From the NCBI GenBank assembly GCA_040754495.1, contig JBFMCO010000028.1, positions 1-64,000 on the forward strand: a stretch of 64,000 bases of DNA. Direction: 5' to 3'. Shown here piece after piece: positions 45,677 to 55,907 of the stretch. A model generated the notes under the pieces. That model made no database searches. It had not been told where the DNA came from and saw nothing but the letters and a program-made list of their open reading frames with translations. This DNA is from Candidatus Micrarchaeota archaeon (GTDB lineage: Archaea > Micrarchaeota > Micrarchaeia > Anstonellales > Bilamarchaeaceae). How positions within the stretch are numbered: position 1 is the first letter of the stretch; each line of letters starts with the position of its first letter. The translations under genes were made by a program, and so were the position numbers.

Positions 45677-47233
45677 TCAGCCTTTTTCAGGCTCCTTTTT
45701 GGCGTCGCTTATCCATTTGCCGAGAAGCACCTGGACGGTATGTGGGAAGCCGTTTCTGGCCATGATGGAGTCGATAGCCGTTTCCTTGGCTGCAAGCACT
45801 ATGGGGTCCTCGCTTTCGATTGACTCCGGGTCAATCTCCTCGGCGAGTATGCGCCCGGCCACCTGGGCAATTGCGTCGGCGGCTTCCTTCCCGTTGTTGA
45901 TGCGGTGCCTGTTGATGTCGGATTCGAGCAGGGCCGAGCCTGCGCCGGCCGAGAGCATGGTCATCGCACGCGGGATGAATGGGTTTCCGTCCCACCTTTT
46001 CACGGACTCGAAGAGGCATCTGGCTATCCTGTTGAGCTGGTTTCCGGCCTCGTCCGGAGAAAGCTGCCTGTCCTCCAGGCTCTGCGAGATTATCTCCGCG
46101 ACAAGGTGCCTTATCCTCGTTTCGGCCAGCATCGCATGCGCGGCCCCCTGCGCCGCCCTGTCGCTGAGCAGGTCTATCGCGCCCATATCGGGATGGAAGC
46201 GCGTGAGGTCGAATGTCACGAGCGGCACGTCCTTCGTCATGTCTATCACGGCCAGGAGGGGCACGGTCGCCTCGCCCCCGTCAAGGCCCGGCATGACAGC
46301 CTGCGCTGGGTATGCCATGATGCCCCTGATGCGGAGCGCGGCCGCGGCCAGCATATACTGCTCGAACGGGTGCATGAGCGCGAACTGCTCCGCGCCCGTA
46401 ACATGGGACTGGAGCTTTCTCCCTTCCTGCCCCAATATGAGGCCGGCGGATGGAATCTCGTCCGGGGGGAGGTACGCGGTCATGGCCTCCCCGTAGACGA
46501 AGCTGTGGCCGCTGGAATGATGCCTCGGCAACCGGTTGTAATCAATCATGCTCCGGGCCATCTCAGGCGGCATGCCGCTGGAAACAAGAATCTCAGGCCT
46601 GATGTCCATCAGCCGTTCTATCATCGGGTAGAGGTCGCTGCCCTTCAAGCCCCTGAAGACCGCTTCTGCGAATCTCTCCACGTGGCCGTCCTTGTCGGCA
46701 TAAGGCCCCCTCTGGAGAGGAATCGCATGCCTCTCCAGTTGTGGCATAGCCATCTCAAGCTGCGCAAAGATGTCGTCGCCGCCCCGCGCTGGCCCTTCAC
46801 GCACAAGGGCGAGCTTTCCGCGCACCCCAGAGGGCCGTTCTCCAAGGCCCCATACGTAGCCTTTCATGTGGCCCTCATCTGAGCATCCGGCCGCTTCCCG
46901 TGTGCTTACGCCTTCAGAACCCGGCGTCTCAGAATCAAGGATTCTGCCGAACCGCACCCTCTGGACGGTTCCGGCGAGTATGACGTGCTCCGCTTTCTCG
47001 AACGCTGCCCTCTCGGCATAATCGCGCTCGTATGCGCCAATGCTGCCCGGGGATTGCGCCTTCTCCGGCCCTGCAGCGACGGCAGCTCCGGCGCTGGCCG
47101 CAAGGGTTTCGACTGACGCTGCCGATGCTGGCGTTTCGGCAATCGGCTCGGCTTTCGGCTCCGGCGGCTTCGGCGGCTCGTCCCTGCCTCCTCCGCTACC
47201 CCTTTTCTTCCTCATGTCCCTGAGCAGCCCCAT
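45677..47233 (-). CDS. Hypothetical protein, possible degenerate transglutaminase-like fold
   Basis: 518-aa ORF; low-complexity N-terminus; shared module with the downstream gene. Confidence 0.65.
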   Translation of the reverse strand: MGLLRDMRKKRGSGGGRDEPPKPPEPKAEPIAETPASAASVETLAASAGAAVAAGPEKAQSPGSIGAYERDYAERAAFEKAEHVILAGTVQRVRFGRILDSETPGSEGVSTREAAGCSDEGHMKGYVWGLGERPSGVRGKLALVREGPARGGDDIFAQLEMAMPQLERHAIPLQRGPYADKDGHVERFAEAVFRGLKGSDLYPMIERLMDIRPEILVSSGMPPEMARSMIDYNRLPRHHSSGHSFVYGEAMTAYLPPDEIPSAGLILGQEGRKLQSHVTGAEQFALMHPFEQYMLAAAALRIRGIMAYPAQAVMPGLDGGEATVPLLAVIDMTKDVPLVTFDLTRFHPDMGAIDLLSDRAAQGAAHAMLAETRIRHLVAEIISQSLEDRQLSPDEAGNQLNRIARCLFESVKRWDGNPFIPRAMTMLSAGAGSALLESDINRHRINNGKEAADAIAQVAGRILAEEIDPESIESEDPIVLAAKETAIDSIMARNGFPHTVQVLLGKWISDAKKEPEKG

Positions 47234-47451
47234 GAATGTACATCCCTCTGGCGTGGTTTATGTTGTAATTACTGTTACAAAATATATAAAAATGTATAGA
47301 AAACAGCAAAACCGACCGAAACGACGGTTGCCGATAGGTGATTCGATACTTTTATATTAGCTAGCTCCAACACAACTTGAAACCTACACTTCGAGCCAGG
47401 ACTTTTCCGCTTGGAAACTGGAAACTGAAAACCGCAAATGACAGTGATGTT

Positions 47452-49260
47452 ATGGATTTTGTCTGCAAGATAGCCGGCCAGGCCGGGGCAGGCGTTATGA
47501 CCACCGGCAGGCTGATGGTGAAATGCTTCACGAGAGGCGGCTACAACGCCATAGGGTATCCCGAGTATCCGTCCCTCATCCGGGGCGGCCACAACACCGT
47601 GCAGGTCCGCGTAAGCGACAATCCTGTGAATTCCCCGCTCCAGACGCTGGACATAGTGATTGCCCTCAACAAGGACGCGATATTCTACCACATGAACAGC
47701 ATGGCAAAGGGCGGCATCATCATCTACGACCAGCTCATAGACGCAGGCAAGTTCAGGATACGGGACGACGTGAAGATGTATCCGCTCCCGCTTTCCAAGC
47801 TGACGCAGGAGGCCGGCGGCACCGAGCAGATGAAGAACACGGCCGCGCTGGGGGCGGCGCTTGCCGCCGTGGATTACCCCTTTGAAGTCCTGGAAGGAAT
47901 CATGCGGGACGAGTTTCGGCGCAAGGGAGAGGAGGTTATAAAGAAGAACGTCGGGGCGGCCAAAGCGGGCTACGACTACGTGAAAGGCAACGGGATAAAA
48001 TGCCTGAAGACGCTCAAGCCGCTTTCCGACAAGCGGAAGATAATCATAACGGGCAACGAGGCCATAACCCTCGGGGCGATAAGGGGAGGGCTGAAGTTCT
48101 ATGCCGCCTACCCCATGACGCCCGCCTCCAGCATCCTGCACTACATGATAGAGAACGAGAAGGCGTTCAACCTGGTCGCGAAACAGACCGAGGACGAGAT
48201 AGCGGCCATCAACTATGCAATCGGCGCGTCCTTTGCCGGCGCCCGGAGCATGGTCGGCACATCCGGCGGCGGGTTCGCGCTCATGGTCGAGGCGCTCGGC
48301 ATGGCCGCGATATCCGAAACGCCCATCGTCGTGGCCCTCGCGCAGAGGATAGGCCCGAGCACCGGCATGCCAACCTGGACCGAGCAGGGAGACCTCAGGT
48401 TCGCGCTCCACGCGTCCCAGGGCGACTTCCCGAGAATCATACTCGCCCCGGGCGACGTGCAGGAGTGCTTCTTCCTGGCGGCAAAGGCCCTGAACCTTGC
48501 GGAGAAATACCAGGTTCCGGTCATACTGATGTCGGACAAGAACCTCTCCGAGAGCGTGTTCTCTACGGAAAAGTTCGACCAGTCGAAGGTGAAAATCGAG
48601 CGGGGAAAGATAGCGCCGGGCCTCCCGCCGCTTCCGCCAATGACGCGCTGGAAGCGGTATGAACTCACCGGGGACGGGGTGTCGCCGAGGGTATTCCCCG
48701 GGACGGAAAACGGCATCCATGTCTCGACTTCTTACGAGCATGACGAGACCGGATTCAGCTCGGAGAGCTTCATCATGCGCACGAAGCAGGTGCAGAAGAG
48801 GGCTTCCAAGGTGAAATCCATCCTGAAGGAGATGGAGGCGCCGGGGCTTTATGGGCCGAAGGACGCCGAGGTCACGCTTGTTGGCTGGGGCTCGATGAAG
48901 CTTTCCGCGCTGGATGCCCTGCCGCTCCTTGAGCAGAAGGGGATAAAGGCGAACTTCCTGCACTTTACGCATATCTTCCCGCTCGATGAGGCCGTGGTGA
49001 AGGCTGCGCTCGCCGGCGCGAAGAAGACCGTCCTGCTCGAGAACAACTCCACCGCGCAGTTTGCCGGCGTGCTCAGGGAGCACATGGGCGCGGTGATGGA
49101 CTTCCACATCCTCAAGTACGACGGCAGGCCCTTCTTCCCGGAGCAGATTGCCGGGGAGGTGGAAAGGCTGAGGAAGGCCGGATACAGGGGCGACAAGGAG
49201 ACTGTCGTAGTTGAGAAGGAGGACCTGGAATACTACCATCCGCAGAGGCATGGTCTTTAG
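47452..49260 (+). CDS. korA: 2-oxoacid:ferredoxin oxidoreductase alpha subunit (gamma-alpha fusion)
   Basis: KIAGQAGAGV, YPSLIRGGHN, AYPMTPAS, TEDEIAA, TSGGGFALM, RIGPSTGMPT. Confidence 0.95.
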   Translation: MDFVCKIAGQAGAGVMTTGRLMVKCFTRGGYNAIGYPEYPSLIRGGHNTVQVRVSDNPVNSPLQTLDIVIALNKDAIFYHMNSMAKGGIIIYDQLIDAGKFRIRDDVKMYPLPLSKLTQEAGGTEQMKNTAALGAALAAVDYPFEVLEGIMRDEFRRKGEEVIKKNVGAAKAGYDYVKGNGIKCLKTLKPLSDKRKIIITGNEAITLGAIRGGLKFYAAYPMTPASSILHYMIENEKAFNLVAKQTEDEIAAINYAIGASFAGARSMVGTSGGGFALMVEALGMAAISETPIVVALAQRIGPSTGMPTWTEQGDLRFALHASQGDFPRIILAPGDVQECFFLAAKALNLAEKYQVPVILMSDKNLSESVFSTEKFDQSKVKIERGKIAPGLPPLPPMTRWKRYELTGDGVSPRVFPGTENGIHVSTSYEHDETGFSSESFIMRTKQVQKRASKVKSILKEMEAPGLYGPKDAEVTLVGWGSMKLSALDALPLLEQKGIKANFLHFTHIFPLDEAVVKAALAGAKKTVLLENNSTAQFAGVLREHMGAVMDFHILKYDGRPFFPEQIAGEVERLRKAGYRGDKETVVVEKEDLEYYHPQRHGL

Positions 49261-49269
49261 GTGATTCTT

Positions 49270-50136
49270 ATGGCCATCATGGACTTCAACGTCAGGGAAA
49301 AGAGCCAGTGGTGCATCGGCTGCGGGGATTTCGCCATAGTGGGCGGCCTTAAGCAGGCGCTTGCCGAGCTGAATATCCCGCACCACCAGGTGGCGATATC
49401 GTCGGGCATAGGGTGCAGCGGCAAGACGCCGCATTACCTGAACGTCTACGGGTTCGAGGGCCTGCACGGCAGGTCCCTCCCGGTCGCATCAGGAATCAAG
49501 CTCGCGAACCACAAGCTGACCGTGCTCGCCATGGGCGGGGACGGCGACGGCTACGGCATCGGGGCCGGCCATTTCGTGCATATCATGAGGCGCAACTACG
49601 ACATGACGTACATAGTCCATAACAACCAGATATACGGCCTCACGACCGGGCAGGCTTCCCCGACCACGCAGCTCGGCATGAAGACCAAGACCACGCCCGG
49701 GGGCGTCATAGAGATGCCCTTCAATCCGATGGCGGGCGCCATCATTGGAGGCGCTACGTTCGTCGGGAGGGCTTTTGCGGGCGACCTCCTGCACATGAAG
49801 GCCATGATGAAGGAGGCGATTGCGCACAGGGGATTCGCGCTTCTCGACGTCTTGCAGCCATGCGTCACGTTCAACAAGCTTAACACATACGATTTCTTCA
49901 CCAAAAGATGCTACAAGCTCCAGGATGCCGGGCATGATTCGTCGGACAAGCCCAGGGCGCTCGATAAGGCGATGGAGGACTTCCGCTCGAATTACGAGAA
50001 GATTCCGGTCGGCGTATTCTACAAGGAGAGCAGGCCGACCTACGAGGACAGCCTGCCGCAGCTGAAGGAGAAGGCGCTTGTGGAGCACTCGCTTGATGGG
50101 ATAGACATCTCGCCAGCGTATGCGGACCTCGAGTAA
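49270..50136 (+). CDS. korB: 2-oxoacid:ferredoxin oxidoreductase beta subunit
   Basis: WCIGCGDF, SGIGCSG, LHGRSLP, GGDGDG...NNQIYGLTTGQ, QPCVTFN. Confidence 0.95.
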   Translation: MAIMDFNVREKSQWCIGCGDFAIVGGLKQALAELNIPHHQVAISSGIGCSGKTPHYLNVYGFEGLHGRSLPVASGIKLANHKLTVLAMGGDGDGYGIGAGHFVHIMRRNYDMTYIVHNNQIYGLTTGQASPTTQLGMKTKTTPGGVIEMPFNPMAGAIIGGATFVGRAFAGDLLHMKAMMKEAIAHRGFALLDVLQPCVTFNKLNTYDFFTKRCYKLQDAGHDSSDKPRALDKAMEDFRSNYEKIPVGVFYKESRPTYEDSLPQLKEKALVEHSLDGIDISPAYADLE

Positions 50137-50139
50137 GCA

Positions 50140-50982
50140 TCAGGCAGGCTTTGGCGGAGGCTCCTCTCCGTCCCAGACGCTCCAGTCATAAATTGCATTC
50201 ACCGGTATCCCTCCACGGACCATGAAGGTTTTTCCGTATTCGCATCTGACGCCCATGCATTCCGGGTCGGCGAAAATGCTCCTGCTTTCCATTAGCCTTG
50301 GAACGTCTATATGGAACCGCACCTGCACCTCCCCGGTTCCATAAACCGAACCCCCCATGTCCCCGGCATCCTCCTCGTATTTCTTCAGGTACATGAACGA
50401 TTTTGCCGGTTCGGTAATTGCCGGGTTGATTATTACGCCCCCTTCAAGGGCGCTTATGAAACTGCGGAAAGATGAGCGGTCGGGGCGCAGGTGGCCGTCG
50501 AAAGCGAATGCCGCCCGGTCATGGTTCAGGAAGCGGTCGGGAAGCGAGAGCGGAACCAGGTGGACAAGATAGGACGACTCGGCATCCATATAGTCTTCCA
50601 CGCTCGGGGGGCCTGCCTGTCCCGGGCGCCTGCTCATCAGGGCTTCTTCATACGCCCGCTTCCACCTGCGCATCTCTGCCAGCACTTTTTCCCTGAATTC
50701 CGGCGGAACCGCGTCTATCAGCCTGTATTCGTAGATAATCCCCAGGCGTGCGGCCTCTTCCCTCCGCCTTTCTATGAAACCATATGAGAAGAGGGTCTCA
50801 GAATCCGATTCATCGAAAGAATCCCATGGCATGCATTGCCGGTACGGATAAGCGAACTCAGGCAGGCTGACTTTTTCCGGCTTTATCGGGTCCGGCTGGA
50901 CCTTGTGCCTGTTTTCAAGTACCCTCGAAAGGGCGGTTTTTACCTCCCTCCGAAGAGCTGCTTCCCGCTGTCTGCCATACAT
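50140..50982 (-). CDS. Hypothetical protein
   Basis: 280-aa ORF convergent on korB. Confidence 0.55.
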   Translation of the reverse strand: MYGRQREAALRREVKTALSRVLENRHKVQPDPIKPEKVSLPEFAYPYRQCMPWDSFDESDSETLFSYGFIERRREEAARLGIIYEYRLIDAVPPEFREKVLAEMRRWKRAYEEALMSRRPGQAGPPSVEDYMDAESSYLVHLVPLSLPDRFLNHDRAAFAFDGHLRPDRSSFRSFISALEGGVIINPAITEPAKSFMYLKKYEEDAGDMGGSVYGTGEVQVRFHIDVPRLMESRSIFADPECMGVRCEYGKTFMVRGGIPVNAIYDWSVWDGEEPPPKPA

Positions 50983-51079
50983 ATTGTTATATTTAATGGT
51001 AAAATATTATAAATCAACCCATAACAGCGCCTGCGGCAATAAGCAGGATAAAATAGTTATCGGGGGCAGAACCATTATC

Positions 51080-54000
51080 GTGCAACTAGTCCCGCGGGCG
51101 TACCAGCTCTCAATCTACGAGTCCATCAACAGGCACGGCAACACGCTAGTCGTACTGCCGACTGGCCTTGGCAAGACGCTGATCGCCCTCATGCTCATCC
51201 GGGACAGGATGAAAACCGGGAGGTGCCTTTTCCTCACGCCGACAAAGCCCCTTGCGAAGCAGCACCAGCATTCTGTCATGAAGACCCTGGAGCTGCCGGA
51301 CAAGAACGTCGTGCTTGTTACCGGCGAGGTGAGCCCGAAGAAGCGCAAGGAGATGTACCTTACCGATGTGATTGTGAGCACCCCGCAGACGATAAAGAAC
51401 GACCTTGAGAACGGCGTGCTCGAGCCGAAATTCTCCCTTGTCATATTCGACGAGTGCGTAGCTGCTGATACGAAGGTTTTGTTAGCAGATGGCTCGATGG
51501 CTCCGATATGGAGGATAGTTAAGGAAAGAAAGCCGGTTTGGGTGAACTCGTATAATGAAAAAAGCGGGAGAATAGAGCCGAAAGAGGTCATAGGTTTCCA
51601 TCGTATCCCCTGCAAAAAGAATTTTGTCAGGGTTGAGGCCGGCGATACGCTCGTAGATTGTACCGAGGACCACCTTTTTTTATGCCAAAGCGTGGACGGG
51701 GTCGAATGGAAAAAAGCATCCGAATTGGACGGGGGGACTTCAGTCCTTGTACAGGAGGCATTCCAGGGGAAAGGAGGGGGTGTAAAGATCTCTTCCGCAC
51801 CACTAGTCAGCGAGGCGGCTATAAAAAGCACCTACACAGGCAACTGGAACCGGGCCAAACAACATTTTTATAGAACTATTGAAAAATTGCAAAAAGCAGG
51901 GATATTTCCTTTCACATACCAAAATCCGAATTGCCTGACCATGGCTAGGCTTTTTGGCTATGCACTTGGCGACGGGTGGCTGACCAAAAAGAATGGGCAG
52001 GCCACATATTTAGGTTTCTGCGGGCCGACGGATGATTTAAGGCTCGTTGCGGAAGACCTGGATTCCCTTGATAGCCGATACTCAAACATAAGCAGCAGAA
52101 TGACAAACTCGCTGGTATCAGGCCCATACGGGGATGTGACGATAAGGGGACGCTCCGAAAGCTTCCTCTGCGCTTCACCACACATTGTCCGAATTACTTA
52201 CGCTCTTGGCTTCCCTGTGGGGGATAAGGCAAAAACAGAGTTCGCATTGCCTAATTGGTTAATGAATGCGCCATCCCCGGTAGCACGTGCGTTTCTCTCT
52301 GGATTGATATCAGCCGAATGTCATGTGCCCACACCAAGAGGAAACGGACGGACAATCTTCGCAAGCAAATTAGCATTCTATAAAGATAAAAAACTCGAGA
52401 CGAACGGTAGAATATATGCGAGGGACCTGGTGGCTTTGTTTAAAAAAGTAGGCGTCAGGGCAGTTTATGCGATAAGAAAAGGGAATAAAAGAAAAGATAA
52501 AACAGAAACCTTGAAGTTTGAGATAACAATTGGAAACTCTCTTTCGAACCAGCTTGCATTCCTAGGCAATGTCCCTTTTGCATATTCGAAGAGAAAATCC
52601 TCAAAAGCAGGTTCCATACTTGCCTACTTGCAAATGAAAAGGGAGGCGCTTTGTGAGAGGGAGCGCTACTGGAAAGCCAGTAAAAAACTGCACGCCAGTG
52701 GTTTGAGTGCCAGTAAGATATCAAAAAAACTCGGAATAGCAGCGCATACAATTGAATCATGGTTATACTTGGGAAGGAAACCCACCCAGACAAGCATATT
52801 GGTTCCCTCCTTCAACGAGTGGATTAGCCATAATCGCGACAATAGCGCAGCTTCTTTTCCACGGCTGCAGGTAAAGAAAGTAACGAAGATAAAGAGACCA
52901 AAATACGTATATGACCTGAGTGTCAGGGACAATCATAATTATTTTGCCAACAATGTCCTGGTTCACAACTGCCATCGTGCAGTAGGAGACTACGCGTATA
53001 CAATCGTAGCGGAGAAGACGCGCGGGCCGGAGACGCTCTTCGTCGGCCTCACCGCCTCCCCGGGAGGGCAGATGGACCGCATACGGGAGGTCATGAAGGC
53101 CCTTTCCATCGAGAACGTGGAGATAAGGGGCCACGACGACCCGGACGTCGCGCCGTACGTGCAGAAGAGCACGGTGAGCTGGGTGCCGGTGCCCCTTTCG
53201 GACCATTTCAAGGACATAAAGAGGGAGCTCGACCCGCTCGCATCCAAATACGCCGAGCGCCTCGCCTCGATGGGATTCCCGCCGCCCCTCAAGCACAAGG
53301 GCAAGTTCATGCAGCTGCGCGAGCGCATCCTGAACATCCCGCACAACATCAAATATCCGGCGCTCGTCGCCTATTCGGTCCTCCTGCATCTCTTGCACAT
53401 GACCGAGCTGCTCGAGACGCAGGGCGTCTATCCCCTGCGCGACTATTTGAAGAAGCTGGAGGAAAAAGACAGCAAGTCGGCCAGGCTCCTGCTCCACGAG
53501 CCTGGCCTCGCGCGCATCAGGGCTCTTTGCCAGAAGGATGAGGACCACCCGAAGATGCCCGTCCTCATCGACATGGTGAAGAAGCTTTCTGGGAAGAAGA
53601 TGATTGTCTTCGTGCAATACCGCTCGCAGATTGCCAGGATTGAGGAGGTCCTTAATTCGAGCGGCGTGAGCGCGAAGCGCTTTGTCGGCAAGAAGGACGG
53701 CGTCACGAAAAAGATGCAGGAGGAGACCATCGCGGATTTCCGGGAGGGGAAGTTCGACGTCCTCGTCGCTTCGAGCATAGGGGAGGAAGGGCTGGACATA
53801 CCGGCCGTGGATGCCGTGATATTCTACGAGCCTGTCCCGAGCGAAATCCGCAGCATACAGAGGCGCGGGAGGGCAGCGAGGCTGAAGGAAGGGCAGATAA
53901 TCGTGCTCATGACCAAGGGCACGAGGGATGAGTACTACTATTACGCGGCGAACAACCGCGAGAAGAGGATGAAGAAAATCCTCGGCGGCATGCAGAGGGC

Positions 54001-54217
54001 GAAGAAGAAGCCGGGATTCGAGAGGGCGGATGCGCTTTCGAAGGATTCGGAGAGCGATGCGCAGCCCCGGGTGCCGGAGCCGGGAGGGCTGAAAGCGGAG
54101 GCTGGAAACCCGGAACCGGAAACCATAGGGCGGAAGCCGCCCTTAACCGTGGGGCCGGGGGCGGCGGCAGGAAAACGCAAGCAGCCCCCGAAACAGACGA
54201 AGATGACCGATTTTTAA
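51080..54217 (+). CDS. hef: Hef/FANCM-like DEAH helicase with intein, no ERCC4 nuclease domain, C-terminal PIP box
   Basis: PTGLGKT, PTKPLAKQH, DE[intein]CH, GLTASPG, SIGEEGLDIP, QRRGRAAR; ends QTKMTDF. Confidence 0.9.
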   Translation: MQLVPRAYQLSIYESINRHGNTLVVLPTGLGKTLIALMLIRDRMKTGRCLFLTPTKPLAKQHQHSVMKTLELPDKNVVLVTGEVSPKKRKEMYLTDVIVSTPQTIKNDLENGVLEPKFSLVIFDECVAADTKVLLADGSMAPIWRIVKERKPVWVNSYNEKSGRIEPKEVIGFHRIPCKKNFVRVEAGDTLVDCTEDHLFLCQSVDGVEWKKASELDGGTSVLVQEAFQGKGGGVKISSAPLVSEAAIKSTYTGNWNRAKQHFYRTIEKLQKAGIFPFTYQNPNCLTMARLFGYALGDGWLTKKNGQATYLGFCGPTDDLRLVAEDLDSLDSRYSNISSRMTNSLVSGPYGDVTIRGRSESFLCASPHIVRITYALGFPVGDKAKTEFALPNWLMNAPSPVARAFLSGLISAECHVPTPRGNGRTIFASKLAFYKDKKLETNGRIYARDLVALFKKVGVRAVYAIRKGNKRKDKTETLKFEITIGNSLSNQLAFLGNVPFAYSKRKSSKAGSILAYLQMKREALCERERYWKASKKLHASGLSASKISKKLGIAAHTIESWLYLGRKPTQTSILVPSFNEWISHNRDNSAASFPRLQVKKVTKIKRPKYVYDLSVRDNHNYFANNVLVHNCHRAVGDYAYTIVAEKTRGPETLFVGLTASPGGQMDRIREVMKALSIENVEIRGHDDPDVAPYVQKSTVSWVPVPLSDHFKDIKRELDPLASKYAERLASMGFPPPLKHKGKFMQLRERILNIPHNIKYPALVAYSVLLHLLHMTELLETQGVYPLRDYLKKLEEKDSKSARLLLHEPGLARIRALCQKDEDHPKMPVLIDMVKKLSGKKMIVFVQYRSQIARIEEVLNSSGVSAKRFVGKKDGVTKKMQEETIADFREGKFDVLVASSIGEEGLDIPAVDAVIFYEPVPSEIRSIQRRGRAARLKEGQIIVLMTKGTRDEYYYYAANNREKRMKKILGGMQRAKKKPGFERADALSKDSESDAQPRVPEPGGLKAEAGNPEPETIGRKPPLTVGPGAAAGKRKQPPKQTKMTDF
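51455..52969 (+). mobile_element. 505-aa intein with LAGLIDADG homing endonuclease in Hef Walker B
   Basis: Starts CVAADTKVLLADG, ends VLVHN before C; LFGYALGDG and LSGLISAEC motifs; visibly more AT-rich than the host gene. Confidence 0.95.
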
Positions 54218-54241
54218 ACACTATTATATAGTTTTAATAAC

Positions 54242-54769
54242 ATGCGTTCAGTAAGGCTCGCCTGGAGCGCCGGGGCAGGCGCCGAGAGGCGCTACGGGGC
54301 CTGGGAGAAGACGAAGGCATTCGCCCGCGCGGCAGTCCGGCTGGAGGACCCCCTCCTGTCGGTCGCGAAGAGCGGCCTTCTCGGCCTCCACGACATTCCT
54401 GATTCGAAGTGGGACTCGTACCGGAGGCGCTGCCGCAGGAAAGGCGTCGTGTTCGATGAAGCGGAGGAGGAGTATTTGTGGGCTTCAGGCGCATACAGGT
54501 TCCTGAAAGCCGGGAGGGAAGAGAGGGAGCAGGCCCCGAGGACGCTGAAGATATTCGACAGCTACCGCAAAATAAGCGGCCGCCTTGAATCAGCAGGCGG
54601 AGCCGAAATTCAAAGGCTCACCGTGTTCCTGGACGACTTGTGCGCCATGGCGGACATCCTGGCCCAGTCCGGAGCCGTGAATTCTAAGGACGGGCTTGAA
54701 GACCTTTCCACGGTCCTGCTGCTGCACTCTAGGTTTTCTTCACGCGGCTCACGCTCGTCTCAAGGATGA
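54242..54769 (+). CDS. Hypothetical protein
   Basis: 175-aa ORF after AT-rich spacer. Confidence 0.55.
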   Translation: MRSVRLAWSAGAGAERRYGAWEKTKAFARAAVRLEDPLLSVAKSGLLGLHDIPDSKWDSYRRRCRRKGVVFDEAEEEYLWASGAYRFLKAGREEREQAPRTLKIFDSYRKISGRLESAGGAEIQRLTVFLDDLCAMADILAQSGAVNSKDGLEDLSTVLLLHSRFSSRGSRSSQG

Positions 54770-55907
54770 ACGCAAGCTCGTCCTCCGAGAACTCGTAGAA
54801 GTCCATCAGCGCGTGCGGGTTCTTCTTGCCGAACTCCTTGAGGAGCGGGAGGTAGCCGAGCGAATGGCGCCTGCTCGCATGCACTTTGGCGCCGATTTTC
54901 GAGCCAATCGCCTTCAGCATCGCCCTGCGCTCCACCGTGCGGGACATGTTCCGCAGGTAGGTCGGGAAGCTGTACTTGGTGAATTTCCTGTATGCGCCCG
55001 CTTTCGCGAGCGCGACGCCCGCGGTAGACAAATCTATGGAATATTTCAGGAGCTGCCAGTTGGTCCTCCTGATGCGCCCGTCGAAGATGTCGGCTTTGGA
55101 GAGCGTGGCGTATGCGCGGGCGATTTCGTCGGGCTTCTCGTATTCCGCGGGGATGTTCTCGTCTATCCACAGCTTGATGAGGTCGTAGTCTATTTCCCCG
55201 CTGATGGCCTCGCGCACTGCCGAGTAGCTCTCGGCCTTGAGGATGCCGCGGATAATCTCGAATATGTCCTTCTCATGCACCCTTGCAGTCGGGCCGAGCG
55301 ACTGCAGGTCGGTCAGGGCCGCGCGCATGTCGCCTTCCGCGCGCAGGGCGATTTCATCGATAACGGCAGGCGCGAGGGGGAGCGACTCGGCCTTGGCAAC
55401 ATGCTCGAGATGCTTCTTGAGCGAGAGGCGGTTTATGCGCTTGAGCTCCACGATGTCGCACTCGGAGCGGATGCCGGAGAACGTCTTGTCCCAGATGTCC
55501 GTCGCGGTGACGATGGCCGGGCACGGCGCCTCCGCGAGGAATCCCTTTATGGCTGCCCCGCCTCCGCTGTCGGCCCTGCCCGCAAGCACGTCCGCGTCGT
55601 CGATGAGGATGAGCTTCTGCCTGCCAAATAAGCTGCCGGCCATGGCGGACTGGCCGAGGATGCGCTCGACACGCTGGCGGTTGCGCAGCTCGCTCGCGTT
55701 CATCTCCACCAGGTCGAGGTCGTATTCCTGCTTAAGCGCGTAGGCGATGGACGTCTTGCCGGTTCCTGGAGGGCCCCACAGGAGAATGGGCTTCCTGCGC
55801 TTGCCTGCAACCCACTGCAGGAGCCACTGGCGGATGTACTCGATTTTTTCCTGGTTGCCGACTATCTCCCCGAGCTTTTTCGGCGCGTATTTGACTGTGA
55901 AAAGCAT
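54729..55907 (-). CDS. rfcL: Replication factor C large subunit
   Basis: KYAPKKL, GPPGTGKTS, EMNASELR, LIDDAD, GDMRAA, LWIDENI. Confidence 0.95.
   Translation of the reverse strand: MLFTVKYAPKKLGEIVGNQEKIEYIRQWLLQWVAGKRRKPILLWGPPGTGKTSIAYALKQEYDLDLVEMNASELRNRQRVERILGQSAMAGSLFGRQKLILIDDADVLAGRADSGGGAAIKGFLAEAPCPAIVTATDIWDKTFSGIRSECDIVELKRINRLSLKKHLEHVAKAESLPLAPAVIDEIALRAEGDMRAALTDLQSLGPTARVHEKDIFEIIRGILKAESYSAVREAISGEIDYDLIKLWIDENIPAEYEKPDEIARAYATLSKADIFDGRIRRTNWQLLKYSIDLSTAGVALAKAGAYRKFTKYSFPTYLRNMSRTVERRAMLKAIGSKIGAKVHASRRHSLGYLPLLKEFGKKNPHALMDFYEFSEDELAFILETSVSRVKKT

Noticed and set aside
47275-49467. 730-aa minus-strand ORF
   Set aside because: Antisense shadow of korA in GC-rich DNA; no motifs
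50903-51079. Upstream extension of the Hef ORF
   Set aside because: AT-rich promoter region overlapping the divergent gene; helicase homology begins near the GTG at 51080
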